Origin: an uncultured Acidobacteriota bacterium
GTDB taxonomy: Bacteria; Acidobacteriota; JAQAZP01
NCBI GenBank assembly: GCA_963836075.1
Contig: CAWIIB010000009.1
Coordinates: 1 to 64,000 of the forward strand
DNA length: 64,000 nucleotides
Reading direction: 5' to 3'
A program made the position numbers and the translations under genes. The notes under the pieces are model-generated. The model was not told where the DNA came from and made no database searches. It saw nothing but the letters and a program-made list of their open reading frames with translations. This document shows, piece after piece, positions 30,709 through 41,437 of the stretch. The number at the start of each line of letters is the position of its first letter. The first letter of the stretch is position 1.

Positions 30709-31281
30709 TCACGCCCCCCCGTCCGCCGGAGGTCCATCCTCCCCGGGCAGCGGCTCGGGATCCAGTTCGATTCCCTCCCGCCGCAGCCGCTCCCGCAGGC
30801 GGTGGATCTCCCGCTCCAGTGCCGAGGACTTGTAGCGCTGATCCAGCTGATCGCGGCGCTGGAGGGCCAGGTCGCGAACCAGGACACGGACGGCACGGAA
30901 GAGGTAGAGGTTGAGCTGGGCTTGCCGGCGGACAAGATAGTCGGTGTAGAGCCGGACAAAGGGCCGGATCAGTTTTTTGAGCCAGACAATCAGGAAACTG
31001 ACCCCGTTGCGGTGCGAGGAGATCCGGTAGGCGGGATCGACGTTCCAGTCATTGCCGTCGGACAGCAGCTGGTCGGTCAGTTGCGGGTCCACTCCGCACC
31101 GCACGGCCAGGTCCCGAAGCTCCATTTCCACTTCACGGCCCAGGTCCACGTCCAGGTGAATGCCGGCGGCCTGTTTGCTTTTGATCTCAGCCCGGATCGC
31201 CTCCTGGAGCGCACCGCTATCCTGGTGCCCCCCCCGGCGGGGCGGGATGATCACTCCGCCCTGGTCCGTCTTGCCGGCCAT
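30709..31281 (-). CDS. hypothetical protein with amphipathic helix and coiled coil
   Basis: SSHR...IVWLKKLIRPFVRLY followed by a heptad-rich segment; in operon with yggS and the GT4 gene. Confidence 0.7.
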   Translation of the reverse strand: MAGKTDQGGVIIPPRRGGHQDSGALQEAIRAEIKSKQAAGIHLDVDLGREVEMELRDLAVRCGVDPQLTDQLLSDGNDWNVDPAYRISSHRNGVSFLIVWLKKLIRPFVRLYTDYLVRRQAQLNLYLFRAVRVLVRDLALQRRDQLDQRYKSSALEREIHRLRERLRREGIELDPEPLPGEDGPPADGGA

Positions 31282-31293
31282 TGGTCTCCCCTC

Positions 31294-32000
31294 TCAGCTC
31301 ATGGGCCGCCGCGGCCCGAACAGCGCCGTTCCCACCCGGATAATGGTGGCCCCCTCCTCCACTGCCACCTCCAGGTCGTGGCTCATGCCCATGGACAGGT
31401 GCCGGAAGTGGTCCAGGCCCGCCGCTTCCCCGGAAGCCAGCTGGTCGCGCAGCTCCCGCAACCGTCTGAACCAGGGCCGCACGTCCTCCGGGTCGGCATC
31501 CCAGGGGGGAGGGTCATCAACCCGCAGAGCCGGAGGTTCGGCAGTTCCCGCACCGCCGCCGCCAGCCGGGGGAGCTCCTCCTCGGCAACGCCGTGCTTGG
31601 TTTCCTCGCCGCCCAGGTGAACCTGGAGCAGGATGTCGCGCCTCTTGCCGAAGCGGCCGGCCCAGCGGTCGAGACGGCTGGCCAGCGCCTCGCTGTCCAC
31701 GGTGTGAATCACCTGGAAGCACCGGGCCGCGTCCCGGGCCTTGTTTTTCTGCAGGTGGCCGATGAAATGCCAGACGGCGTCCGTGAGACCTTCCGCCCGG
31801 TCCACCTTGGCCGCGCCTTCCTGGATCCAGTTCTCGCCAAAGAGGCGTAACCCCTCCCGGTAGCCCTGCTCGACCTCTTCCAGCGGTATGGTCTTGCTCA
31901 CCGCCAGCAGCTGGATGCCGTCGGGGTCGCGGCCGGCCCGCCGCGCCGCCACGGCGATCCGCTCCCGCACCGCTTCGATGTTGTCCCGCAGCGAAGCCAT
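31294..32000 (-). CDS. yggS: PLP homeostasis protein (frameshift near 31506)
   Basis: LLAVSKT, FGENW.QE, WHFIGHLQKNK, GLMTLPP, then LSMGMSHD...GATIIRVGTALFG in the shifted frame. Confidence 0.93.
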
Positions 32001-32002
32001 GC

Positions 32003-32755
32003 TCAGTTGGTCGCCTCCGCCGCCGGGGCCGATGACGCGGGCTGGTTGCCGGACCAGAAGAGGATCCGCTTGCAGTTGTCGCAGTGCATGATCTCGGTCA
32101 GCAGCTTCACTTCACAGACCAGTTGGGGCCGCAACCGCACATGGCAGGCCATACAGGTCTCGCCCACCACCCGGGCCACTCCCACACCGCCGCGCATCTT
32201 GGCCACACGCTTGAAGACCGAGAGTATCGCCGGGTCGATGGAGGCCCCCAGCTCTTCGATCCGGCCGGCCAGTTCGTCCCTCTCGGCGCTCATTTTCTGC
32301 CGTTTGGCTTCCAGGACGCCGCGCTCCTCTTCACATTGCTGGCACACCAGCTCGTGTTCGGCCTTGTGCCGCTGCAGCTCGCTGGTCAGTCGCTTGGCCA
32401 ACTCCTCCGCCTCGTACTGGCGCTCGAGGATGCCGTATGAGTTTTCCTCGGCGGCCTCGATCTGCCGCTCCATGGCGCGGTACTGCTCGTTGGTCTTGAT
32501 GTCCTTGCTGTTCAGCTTGCTCTTGAACTCGGAGATCTTCCCCTGGCTGTCCTCCATCTCCCGGCCCAGCCGCCGGGCCTCCTTGCCGGCCTCCTCCCGC
32601 TGACGCTCCAGTTCGGCGGTCTTCTCGTCCGACATCCTCAGCTTGTCCCCGGTCTGCTCGATCCGACCGGGAATGGTCTCCATCTCACCTTCCATCTGCT
32701 GGATGATCTGGGAGAGGCGCTGCAGTTCCATCAGTTTTTTCAGTTGCTCTTCCAA
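32003..32755 (-). CDS. coiled-coil protein with C4 zinc ribbon (DUF164/CT398-like)
   Basis: Long coiled coil, CMACH...CDNCKRIL; TTG start after GAGGT. Confidence 0.88.
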   Translation of the reverse strand: MEEQLKKLMELQRLSQIIQQMEGEMETIPGRIEQTGDKLRMSDEKTAELERQREEAGKEARRLGREMEDSQGKISEFKSKLNSKDIKTNEQYRAMERQIEAAEENSYGILERQYEAEELAKRLTSELQRHKAEHELVCQQCEEERGVLEAKRQKMSAERDELAGRIEELGASIDPAILSVFKRVAKMRGGVGVARVVGETCMACHVRLRPQLVCEVKLLTEIMHCDNCKRILFWSGNQPASSAPAAEATN

Positions 32756-32817
32756 AATTACCTCGATACCCCCGGCCGGCGGGTCAGGGCGTCGGGCCCC
32801 CCGCCGGACCGTACATG

Positions 32818-32845
32818 AAAAAGGGTGCCGCACTTACGGCACCCT
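32818..32845 (-). terminator. Rho-independent terminator
   Basis: AGGGTGCCG-TAAGTG-CGGCACCCT followed by a T run on the minus strand. Confidence 0.8.
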
Positions 32846-32846
32846 G

Positions 32847-32956
32847 TCAGGTCCCCGGGCCGGCACAGTGCCGCCGCGAGGGGGAAGTCCGCGGGTGACG
32901 CCGCGAACCGGCCCGCCCTGCGAACGGCGAGTTGGCACCGGTTTTCCATGGCCTGA
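32847..32956 (-). ncRNA. candidate structured RNA of unknown class
   Basis: Ends pair (UCAGG/CCUGA) and the interior folds by eye into a long irregular rod; lies between the tRNA and the terminator. Confidence 0.45.
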
Positions 32957-32974
32957 TTGAGCCTCGTTCTATTG

Positions 32975-33050
32975 TGGTGGGCCCACCTGGGATCGAACCA
33001 GGGACCAGCCGGTTATGAGCCGGCGGCTCTGCCAACTGAGCTATGGGCCC
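32975..33050 (-). tRNA. tRNA with CAT anticodon, most likely tRNA-Ile2 (lysidine)
   Basis: GGGCCCATAGCTCAGTTGGCAGAGCCGCCGGCTCATAACCGGCTGGTCCCTGGTTCGATCCCAGGTGGGCCCACCA: 76-nt cloverleaf, encoded CCA, paired G1-C72 (not initiator); position after rpoD is typical of Ile2. Confidence 0.95.
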
Positions 33051-33082
33051 ACTGTGATGGACGGTTACGAACACCGGGGCTC

Positions 33083-34768
<1,686 letters not shown>

Positions 34769-34965
34769 CGTGGTTCTTTCTCTAGCCACTGTTCGAACCC
34801 TGTCCTTCCGTCGTTTGCCGCCGGTGTGCCGCATCCACCAACCCGGGTGAATCAGCCGGGACCACCCTCCCTACCGCAGAGTATCCCAACACTAGCAGAA
34901 GACTATCCAAACGGTTATGATATCACAACTACTGCCTGTTCAACGAACAATATTTTCTATCCGGG

Positions 34966-36777
34966 TCACCGGTAGAGCGCAATTTCCCGGAGCAGCGCCA
35001 TTTTCTCCTGCAGCAGCTGCCGCTGCAGCTCCGGGCTGGCGGCGCACTCGGGGTCCTTGAGCCGCCGCTGGACCACCTTCAGTCTCTCCTGGAGCAGCGC
35101 GGTGAGCACGGCCCCGAGACAGCTCTCCGCCTCCTCGTGGGGGTCAAAGGTCGTTTTCCCGTTGCCGTTGGCCTCCACCGGTTCCTGGGCCACGGCGGCC
35201 AGCAGTTCGCGCAGCCCGCCCGCTTCCGGCAGCATCTCGTGAACCCGGGGCACGTCCACCTCCTCTCCGCTGCCCGCCAGCTCAACCATCCTGCCGATAA
35301 TCGGCCCGCAGACCAGCTGCCCCAGATCGTGCCCCTTGAGCATCTTCAGGGCCCGGGTGCGGACCATGGGGTAGCTGATCATCAGGGCCAGCAGACGCCG
35401 CTCGGCGATACCGGGCTGCAGGGCCCTGGTCGGCTGTGGTCCGGGGGCCGCCCGGCGGCGCTGCAGGCCCTGGGACATCTGCAACAGCTTCTCCAGCACC
35501 AGCCCCTCTTCCACCCGGGCCCGCTGGGCGATCAGCGGCAGATACTCCCGCTGCTTGATCTTCTCCGGCACCGAGAGGAGAAAGGGCAGCACGTCCTCGA
35601 TCACCGCCAGCTTGCCCCCCGGGCGGTTCAGGTCGTGCCGGTCCAGGCTGCGGTCCAGCTGGTGCTCGAAGAAGGGCTTCGCCTGTTCCAGCAGTTCGGC
35701 AAAGGCCCCGGCGCCGTGGGCCCGGATGTAGTCATCCGGGTCCTCGCCCGGGGGCAGGTCCACCACCTGGACTTCGAACCCCTCGTGGAGAAAAATGTGG
35801 ATGCTGCGCCGCGACGCCTCGTCCCCGGCCTGGTCGGGATCGAAGCTGATCAGCACCCGCCGGGCATAGCGGGAGAGGAGCCGGGCCTGCCCCTCGGTGA
35901 GGGCGGTTCCCAGGGGGGCCACCACGTTGGCCACCCCGGCCCGGGCGACCTGGATCACATCGAAGTAGCCTTCAACCACCACCGCCGAACCCTTTTCGCG
36001 GATCGCCTTGCCGGCCAGGTCGAGACCGTAGAGCTGCTCCCCCTTGCGGTAGATCAGTGTTTCGGGGGAGTTGAGAAACTTGGGATCCCGCGGCCCCGGT
36101 TCGCCGTGGACCCGCCCGCCAAAGGCGATGATGTTGCCCTGGGGGTCGCGGATGGGGATGGTGATCCGGTTGCGGAAACGGTCGTAGCAGCCCTGCTCGC
36201 TGCGCCGGGACACGGCCAGACCGCACTTCTCCAGTTCGGCGGAGGGGATGGAGTGGCTGGCCGCCTCCTTGACCAGCCCGTCCCAGCCGGCCGGGGCATA
36301 GCCCAGACCGAAGGTTTCGGCCGCCTCCCGGTCCAGGCCCCGTTTTTCCAGGTAGGCCGCCGCCTTCTTCCCCTCGCCGGTCTCGGCCAGGCAGCGGCGG
36401 AAGAACGCCTGGGCCAGGCGGTGGATCTTCCGCGCCCGCTCCCGGTCGCTGACGCTGGCCCCGGGCCGTCCGCCGGACCGCCGCGGCAGCTCCACACCCG
36501 CCTTTTCCGCCAGCTGCTTCAGCGCCTCGGGAAACTCGAGGTTCTCGATCATCATCAGGAACTTGAACACGTCCCCGCCGCGGTTGCAGCCGAAACAGTA
36601 AAACATCTGGCGGTCTTCGCTGACCGAGAAGGAGGGGGCCTTCTCGCCGTGGAAGGGGCAGAGGCCCATCATCTTCGTCCCCGCCTTGCGCAGCTGGACG
36701 TACTCCCCCACCAGGGAGACGATGTTGGTCGCCCCGCGCACCTGCTCCACAACCGCCCTGTCGTCCAGGTCGCTCAC
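34966..36777 (-). CDS. dnaG: DNA primase
   Basis: CPFH.EK.PSF, CFGC..GGD, DRFRNRI, FGGR, LNSPET, VEGYFD, TOPRIM FDPDQAG, DPDD. Confidence 0.97.
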   Translation of the reverse strand: MSDLDDRAVVEQVRGATNIVSLVGEYVQLRKAGTKMMGLCPFHGEKAPSFSVSEDRQMFYCFGCNRGGDVFKFLMMIENLEFPEALKQLAEKAGVELPRRSGGRPGASVSDRERARKIHRLAQAFFRRCLAETGEGKKAAAYLEKRGLDREAAETFGLGYAPAGWDGLVKEAASHSIPSAELEKCGLAVSRRSEQGCYDRFRNRITIPIRDPQGNIIAFGGRVHGEPGPRDPKFLNSPETLIYRKGEQLYGLDLAGKAIREKGSAVVVEGYFDVIQVARAGVANVVAPLGTALTEGQARLLSRYARRVLISFDPDQAGDEASRRSIHIFLHEGFEVQVVDLPPGEDPDDYIRAHGAGAFAELLEQAKPFFEHQLDRSLDRHDLNRPGGKLAVIEDVLPFLLSVPEKIKQREYLPLIAQRARVEEGLVLEKLLQMSQGLQRRRAAPGPQPTRALQPGIAERRLLALMISYPMVRTRALKMLKGHDLGQLVCGPIIGRMVELAGSGEEVDVPRVHEMLPEAGGLRELLAAVAQEPVEANGNGKTTFDPHEEAESCLGAVLTALLQERLKVVQRRLKDPECAASPELQRQLLQEKMALLREIALYR

Positions 36778-36787
36778 CCCGTCCCTC

Positions 36788-39262
36788 TTATTCCTTCAAT
36801 TGCACCACGGTGACACCACTGCCGCCTTCCTGCTGGGCCGCTGCCCGGAAGCCATCCACGTGGGGATGACCGTCCAGCAGGTCGGCCACCGCCCGGCGCA
36901 GAGCCCCGGTGCCGTGGCCGTGGATCACCCGCACGGTGCGCAGCCCGGAGAGCGTGGCATTGTCAAGAAACTTGTCCACCCGGGGCAGAGCCTCCTCCAC
37001 CCGCTGCCCGATCACTTTCAACTCGTTGCCGGAGATCATGTCGCCGCGGCCCTCCAGCTCGATCAGCGCCGTACCGCCGATGGTGAACCCGCCGCCGCTA
37101 TCCGGCGCCGCTTCGGGGACCACCGGCTCGCCACCGGCAATGAGGTTCTCGCGGAAGACGGTCATCCGCTTGCCCTCCACGGTGAGCAGTGTCTCGCCGC
37201 GGTCCGGGTGGTCGCTGACCACGGTGCCGCGGAGCGAGGTGTTGCGCAGCTTGACCCGCTCCCCCGGTTCCAGGGGCCGGACCGGTTTCGCCTCCTCGCC
37301 CCGGGTGGGGGTCAGCGCCCCGCGGGTCTCGCTCACCGTGGCGGTCAGGCGCTTCCGTTCGCGGTTCGCCGCGGCGCGGACCTTTTCCGACACCGCCCGG
37401 TCCTTGAGACCGGCCACCAGCTCTTCCACCTTGCTGCTGAACCGGGCCAGCACCTTCTCCGCCTCTTCCATGCGGGTGGCCAGGAACTCGTTCTCCCGCT
37501 GGATGAAGGCCTCCTGCTCCCGCTCCTTGTCCCGCACCAGCTGCTGCAGGCGGTCCCGCTCGGCCTTGATCGACTCCTCCTCGCGCCGGGCGCGGGCCAG
37601 GGTCTCCTCCAGCCGGGCCACCATCTGCTCCACTCGCCGGTCCTGGTCGCCGAGGTAGGCCCGGGCCTGGTCGATGATCTCCCCGGGGAAGCCCACGGTC
37701 TCGGCCACCCGGAAGGCGTTGGAGCTGCCCGGGACACCGGGGATCAGCTTGAAGGAGGGGGCCAGGGTCTCCTCGTCAAAGGACATGGAGCCGTTGACCA
37801 CCCCGTTGGTGGCAAAGGCATACGACTTCAGCGCCTGGTGGTGGGTGGTGGCCAGGGTCCAGGCGCCGCGGGAGTGGAAATGGTCGAGGATGGCCATGGC
37901 CAGCGCCGCCCCCTCGGCGGGGTCGGTGCCCGACCCGATCTCGTCCAGCAGGACCAGCGACGGGGGCTGCAGGTTGTTGATGATCGTCTTGATGCTGTTC
38001 AGGCGGCCGGTGAAGGTGCTCAGGTTGGCGATGATGTCCTGGCGGTCGCCGATATGCGCGGCCACCGCCTCGAACACGGGGAGGACGGTGCCCTCCCCCA
38101 CCACCGGCGGCAAACCGCTCTGCAGCATCAGCACCGCCAGCCCGGCCGTCTTCAGCGCCACGGTCTTGCCCCCGGCATTGGGTCCGGTGATCACCATGGC
38201 CCGGGCCCCCTGGTCCAGCGCCAGGTCCAGCGGGACCACCTGGTCCACCGGCGATGCCCCGGACGGCCCGGACTCCAGACCCACCTCGCTGCGCTGCAGG
38301 GCCAGCTTCTCGTCCAGCAGGGGGTGCCGGGCGCCCACCAGCCGCAGTTCCTCACCGCTGGCGGCGATGCGGGGGCGGGCCGACCGGGTGGCTTCGGCGA
38401 ACTTCGCCTTGCCGGCCAGGAAGTCGAAGCGGGAAAGCCCCTCCACCAGCTGGGCCAGCTCGTCACGTCGCTCGCGGACCTGGTGGGTCAGGGCGAGGAG
38501 GATCCGCGCCGTCTCCTGGCGCTCCTCCTCGCGGGCCATGGTCAGCTTGTTGTTCACCTCCACCGTCTGGAACGGCTCGACAAAGAAGGTGGATTCGGTG
38601 GATGAGCGGCCGTGGACGATGCCGGGAACGGCGTTCTTGTGCTCCGACTTGACCAGCACTACGTAGCGGTCGTCGCGCAGGGTGATGTAGTCCTCCTGCA
38701 GGACGTGGGAGAGGTCTTTTTCCCCGGTGAGACGCTCCAGACGCTTGACGATTTCGCCGCGCAAAGACTTCAAACTGCGCCGGATCCGGGCCAGCTCGGG
38801 GGACGCGCCGTCCACCACCTCGCCCTTGCGGCTGATCACCTTGCGCACCGCCCGAACCAGGTCCGAAAGGTCGGGGACGGCGGCCGATTCGGCGGCCAGG
38901 CGCGGGCAGCGTCCGGCCAGGGACCCCACCTCCTCGCGGATCCGCCGGCCGGCCTCGGCATTGCGTACCAGGGTCAGGAACTCGGCCGGCGCCAGCCGGC
39001 GGTTGACCACCCGCAGCGCGGGCAGCACCCCCTCCAGGGCTTCCACCCCGGTGAGGTCCAGCTCGAACCCGCCGGCCAGGGCGTCCCGCATCTCCCAGGT
39101 GGCCTCCTGCTCGCCGGTCACCCATTCCGGGTCGCGGCGGAACCTGGCGGCCTCCACGGCGGCCGCTCCCAGCGGGGTCTGGCAGAATCGGGCGACGATA
39201 CGCCGGACCTTGTCCAGTTCAAGCAGAGATACCACTTCCTCCTGATTCATCATTCTATCCAT
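36788..39262 (-). CDS. mutS2: endonuclease MutS2
   Basis: ITGPNAGGKT, LSTF, LLDEIGSGTDPAEG, TTH, Smr domain IHGHGTGALR...GGSGVT. Confidence 0.95.
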   Translation of the reverse strand: MDRMMNQEEVVSLLELDKVRRIVARFCQTPLGAAAVEAARFRRDPEWVTGEQEATWEMRDALAGGFELDLTGVEALEGVLPALRVVNRRLAPAEFLTLVRNAEAGRRIREEVGSLAGRCPRLAAESAAVPDLSDLVRAVRKVISRKGEVVDGASPELARIRRSLKSLRGEIVKRLERLTGEKDLSHVLQEDYITLRDDRYVVLVKSEHKNAVPGIVHGRSSTESTFFVEPFQTVEVNNKLTMAREEERQETARILLALTHQVRERRDELAQLVEGLSRFDFLAGKAKFAEATRSARPRIAASGEELRLVGARHPLLDEKLALQRSEVGLESGPSGASPVDQVVPLDLALDQGARAMVITGPNAGGKTVALKTAGLAVLMLQSGLPPVVGEGTVLPVFEAVAAHIGDRQDIIANLSTFTGRLNSIKTIINNLQPPSLVLLDEIGSGTDPAEGAALAMAILDHFHSRGAWTLATTHHQALKSYAFATNGVVNGSMSFDEETLAPSFKLIPGVPGSSNAFRVAETVGFPGEIIDQARAYLGDQDRRVEQMVARLEETLARARREEESIKAERDRLQQLVRDKEREQEAFIQRENEFLATRMEEAEKVLARFSSKVEELVAGLKDRAVSEKVRAAANRERKRLTATVSETRGALTPTRGEEAKPVRPLEPGERVKLRNTSLRGTVVSDHPDRGETLLTVEGKRMTVFRENLIAGGEPVVPEAAPDSGGGFTIGGTALIELEGRGDMISGNELKVIGQRVEEALPRVDKFLDNATLSGLRTVRVIHGHGTGALRRAVADLLDGHPHVDGFRAAAQQEGGSGVTVVQLKE

Positions 39263-39441
39263 GGTGGAAATTCGGAAAATTCCGTGTCACCGGCGGCCTC
39301 TTGGGGAAGACGGCCCGAGGGTGGGACATGGAACCCGCCGGAACACCCTCGGGAAAGTGGGTCCGGCAAAGAAAAATCCCCGCGGCGCAGGTGTCGGTCG
39401 GGGATCGAAGCCGGAACTCAAGACCTTTATCTGAATGGATG

Positions 39442-39470
39442 AATATAGGTTTCGGTCCGCGGAGAGTCAA
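39442..39470 (-). promoter_or_regulatory. sigma70 promoter of the mutS2-dnaG-rpoD operon
   Basis: TTGACT-17 nt-TATATT on the minus strand. Confidence 0.6.
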
Positions 39471-39480
39471 GGGAAAATCG

Positions 39481-39744
39481 TCAAAAAAATGCCGATTTGC
39501 GGTTGATCCGGGGATTCAGACGATACACAGGGCAAACGGCGGGCCTATAGTCGCCCCCGATGGCCTTTTTCCCCATATGGTCCCTTATAAATTCGACCCA
39601 TTTCTGCAGCTCCGCCGGCTCATCAAAGATCCTTTTGGGAATGACAGCAATTCCGGTGGGCTCCATGATGACCTCAACGGAATCGTCCGTGTCGATCACT
39701 TCCCGGGCATTGGCCCAGGAGAATCTGAGCTCCTCCCCCATCAC
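39481..39744 (-). pseudogene. 3' remnant of a YcxB-like membrane protein gene
   Basis: FSW...VIDT...VIPKRIF...W.EFI resembles the YcxB C-terminal domain; no N-terminal TM part, cut off at the attC-like site. Confidence 0.5.
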
Positions 39745-39822
39745 CTGCGGCAGGTGGCACGGCCGTTGCCACCAGCCAGGGGCGTGACAAACGGCGTTGT
39801 CGGGTGCAAGTGCTGGTTAGGC
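39739..39822 (+). mobile_element. 5'-truncated integron attC-like site
   Basis: CACCTGCGGC pairs with GTTGTCGGGTG, inner CACG/CGTG stem, ends ...GTGCAAGTGCTG GTTAGGC (GTTRRRY core at 39816-22). Confidence 0.6.
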
Positions 39823-40052
39823 AATTCCCCAACACTCCAGCGGCTTCGCTAATTCAAGAACTGCATCCCTTCAACAATCTACCACACTCCCTGGAGTCTA
39901 GGCGTGGAACATCGTTTGCTATCTATCTCTCGGGTCCAGTCGTTTCGCAAATCCCACAACGTAGTCCATGTTAACCCCTTCTGAACCCTTCGCTTCAGGG
40001 TGATGACTACCGGGACATACCTCAAATATAGTCCAAGGGCGTCCCGTTGGAT

Positions 40053-40081
40053 TTGACAAGACTTTCACCTGGGGCTATACT
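40053..40081 (+). promoter_or_regulatory. near-consensus sigma70 promoter of the Rrf2 gene
   Basis: TTGACA-17 nt-TATACT. Confidence 0.75.
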
Positions 40082-40100
40082 GCTACCCAAGAGGTCGTAG

Positions 40101-40625
40101 ATGAGATCAAGCATGTATGGTGCCAGCGTAGAATATGCTCTTCATTCACTGCTTATCATGCTTAGGCAAGAGGAGCGCATCAGCGTGCGAAACCTTGCGC
40201 AGTTCCAGCAACTCCCTGAACGGTTTCTCGCGAAACTTTTCACTAGGCTGAGGAGAGCAGGAATCGTTGATGGGACGGTTGGCATTCGCGGAGGCTTCAT
40301 CTTTGCGCGTTCACCGGAGCAGATTACGATCATGGATGTGCTCGAAGCAGTCGATCCGAACCGCTCGTTTTTTGAATGCGCAGAGATTCGCAGGAATTGT
40401 GAGTTGTTCGGCTCTAAACCTCCGGCCTGGAGCGTCGCAGGTACGTGTGGGATCCACCTCGTTATGCAAGAAGCGGAAGTTGCACTTCGCAGTGTTCTGA
40501 CTTCAAAGTCGATCGCCGATTTGGGCCGCGGTTTCGAGCACAAGGCTCCAGAAAAATTCTTGCAAAATGAGCAGGTCTGGTTCAAGAAGAGCCGGAAAGC
40601 CAGAAAAAGCAAAACGACGGGCTGA
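40101..40625 (+). CDS. Rrf2-family regulator, RsrR-like
   Basis: VEYALH, LAKLF..L..AGIV....G..GGF, ITIMDVLEAVD, FECAEIRRNC...CGIH. Confidence 0.9.
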   Translation: MRSSMYGASVEYALHSLLIMLRQEERISVRNLAQFQQLPERFLAKLFTRLRRAGIVDGTVGIRGGFIFARSPEQITIMDVLEAVDPNRSFFECAEIRRNCELFGSKPPAWSVAGTCGIHLVMQEAEVALRSVLTSKSIADLGRGFEHKAPEKFLQNEQVWFKKSRKARKSKTTG

Positions 40626-40708
40626 CACCCACAATCCGGGTCCCAAGGCTAGCCCTGCTCCTTTTGCAATACACGCAGACAACAATCCAAATAGAAAGAG
40701 AAATTCTC

Positions 40709-41437
40709 ATGACTAACCGAATCTTCCTCGCAGGTGCTTCTGGCGCAATAGGCAGGCGCTTAGCGCCCTTGCTTGTTGGCAACGGATGGCAAGTGATCGG
40801 CTCTACTCGCTCAGAAAGCAAAGTCAATCAATTGAGAGAGATGGGAGTCGAGCCAGCTGTGGTCGACGTCTTCGATGCCGTAGAGCTAGAAAGCCTACTT
40901 TCCGAGGTTCGCCCGAACATCGTAATTCACCAACTGACCGACCTGCCATTCGCACTGGACGAGAGCTTGATGACCGCGGCCCTCGTTCGCAATGCACGCC
41001 TCCGTGACGAGGGCACTCGTAATCTCGTCGCAGCTGCGGTGCACGTTGGAGTCAGTCGTTTGATTGTGCAAAGCATTGCCTTTATCTATGACGAAGGCCC
41101 AAAGCCATATAAAGAGTCAGCACCGTTATTGCCCAATACGCATCCGGTCTATGGCGAGACGGTACAAGGTGTTGTCAGTCTCGAAAACCAGGTGACCGAA
41201 GCTCCGCTCGATGGGATCATCCTGCGCTACGGCTTATTCTACGGTCCAGGAACGGGCTTTGATTCGGCCATCGCTCCGGGTTCGGTACATGTCGACGCGG
41301 CCGCTAAAGCTGCCGAGCTTGCCGTCACACGCGGGGAACCCGGCATCTACAATGTGACTGAAACGGATGGTACTACGTCGAGCGACAAAGCCATTGAGGC
41401 TTTCGGCTGGAACGCCGATTGGCGAACCACTGTCTGA
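40709..41437 (+). CDS. NAD(P)-dependent epimerase/dehydratase family protein
   Basis: IFLAGASGAIG, VIHQLTDL, EGTRNLV, LRYGLFYGPG, VHVDAAA. Confidence 0.9.
   Translation: MTNRIFLAGASGAIGRRLAPLLVGNGWQVIGSTRSESKVNQLREMGVEPAVVDVFDAVELESLLSEVRPNIVIHQLTDLPFALDESLMTAALVRNARLRDEGTRNLVAAAVHVGVSRLIVQSIAFIYDEGPKPYKESAPLLPNTHPVYGETVQGVVSLENQVTEAPLDGIILRYGLFYGPGTGFDSAIAPGSVHVDAAAKAAELAVTRGEPGIYNVTETDGTTSSDKAIEAFGWNADWRTTV

Noticed and set aside
32860-32950. RNase P RNA on the plus strand (GAGGGGGAAGTCCG resembles GAGGAAAGUCC)
   Set aside because: Far too short, no convincing P4 partner strand, and opposite to the orientation of the operon and terminator
32975-33050. tRNA as integration site of a mobile element
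   Set aside because: No duplicated tRNA 3' end and no integrase in the window; flanking genes are core
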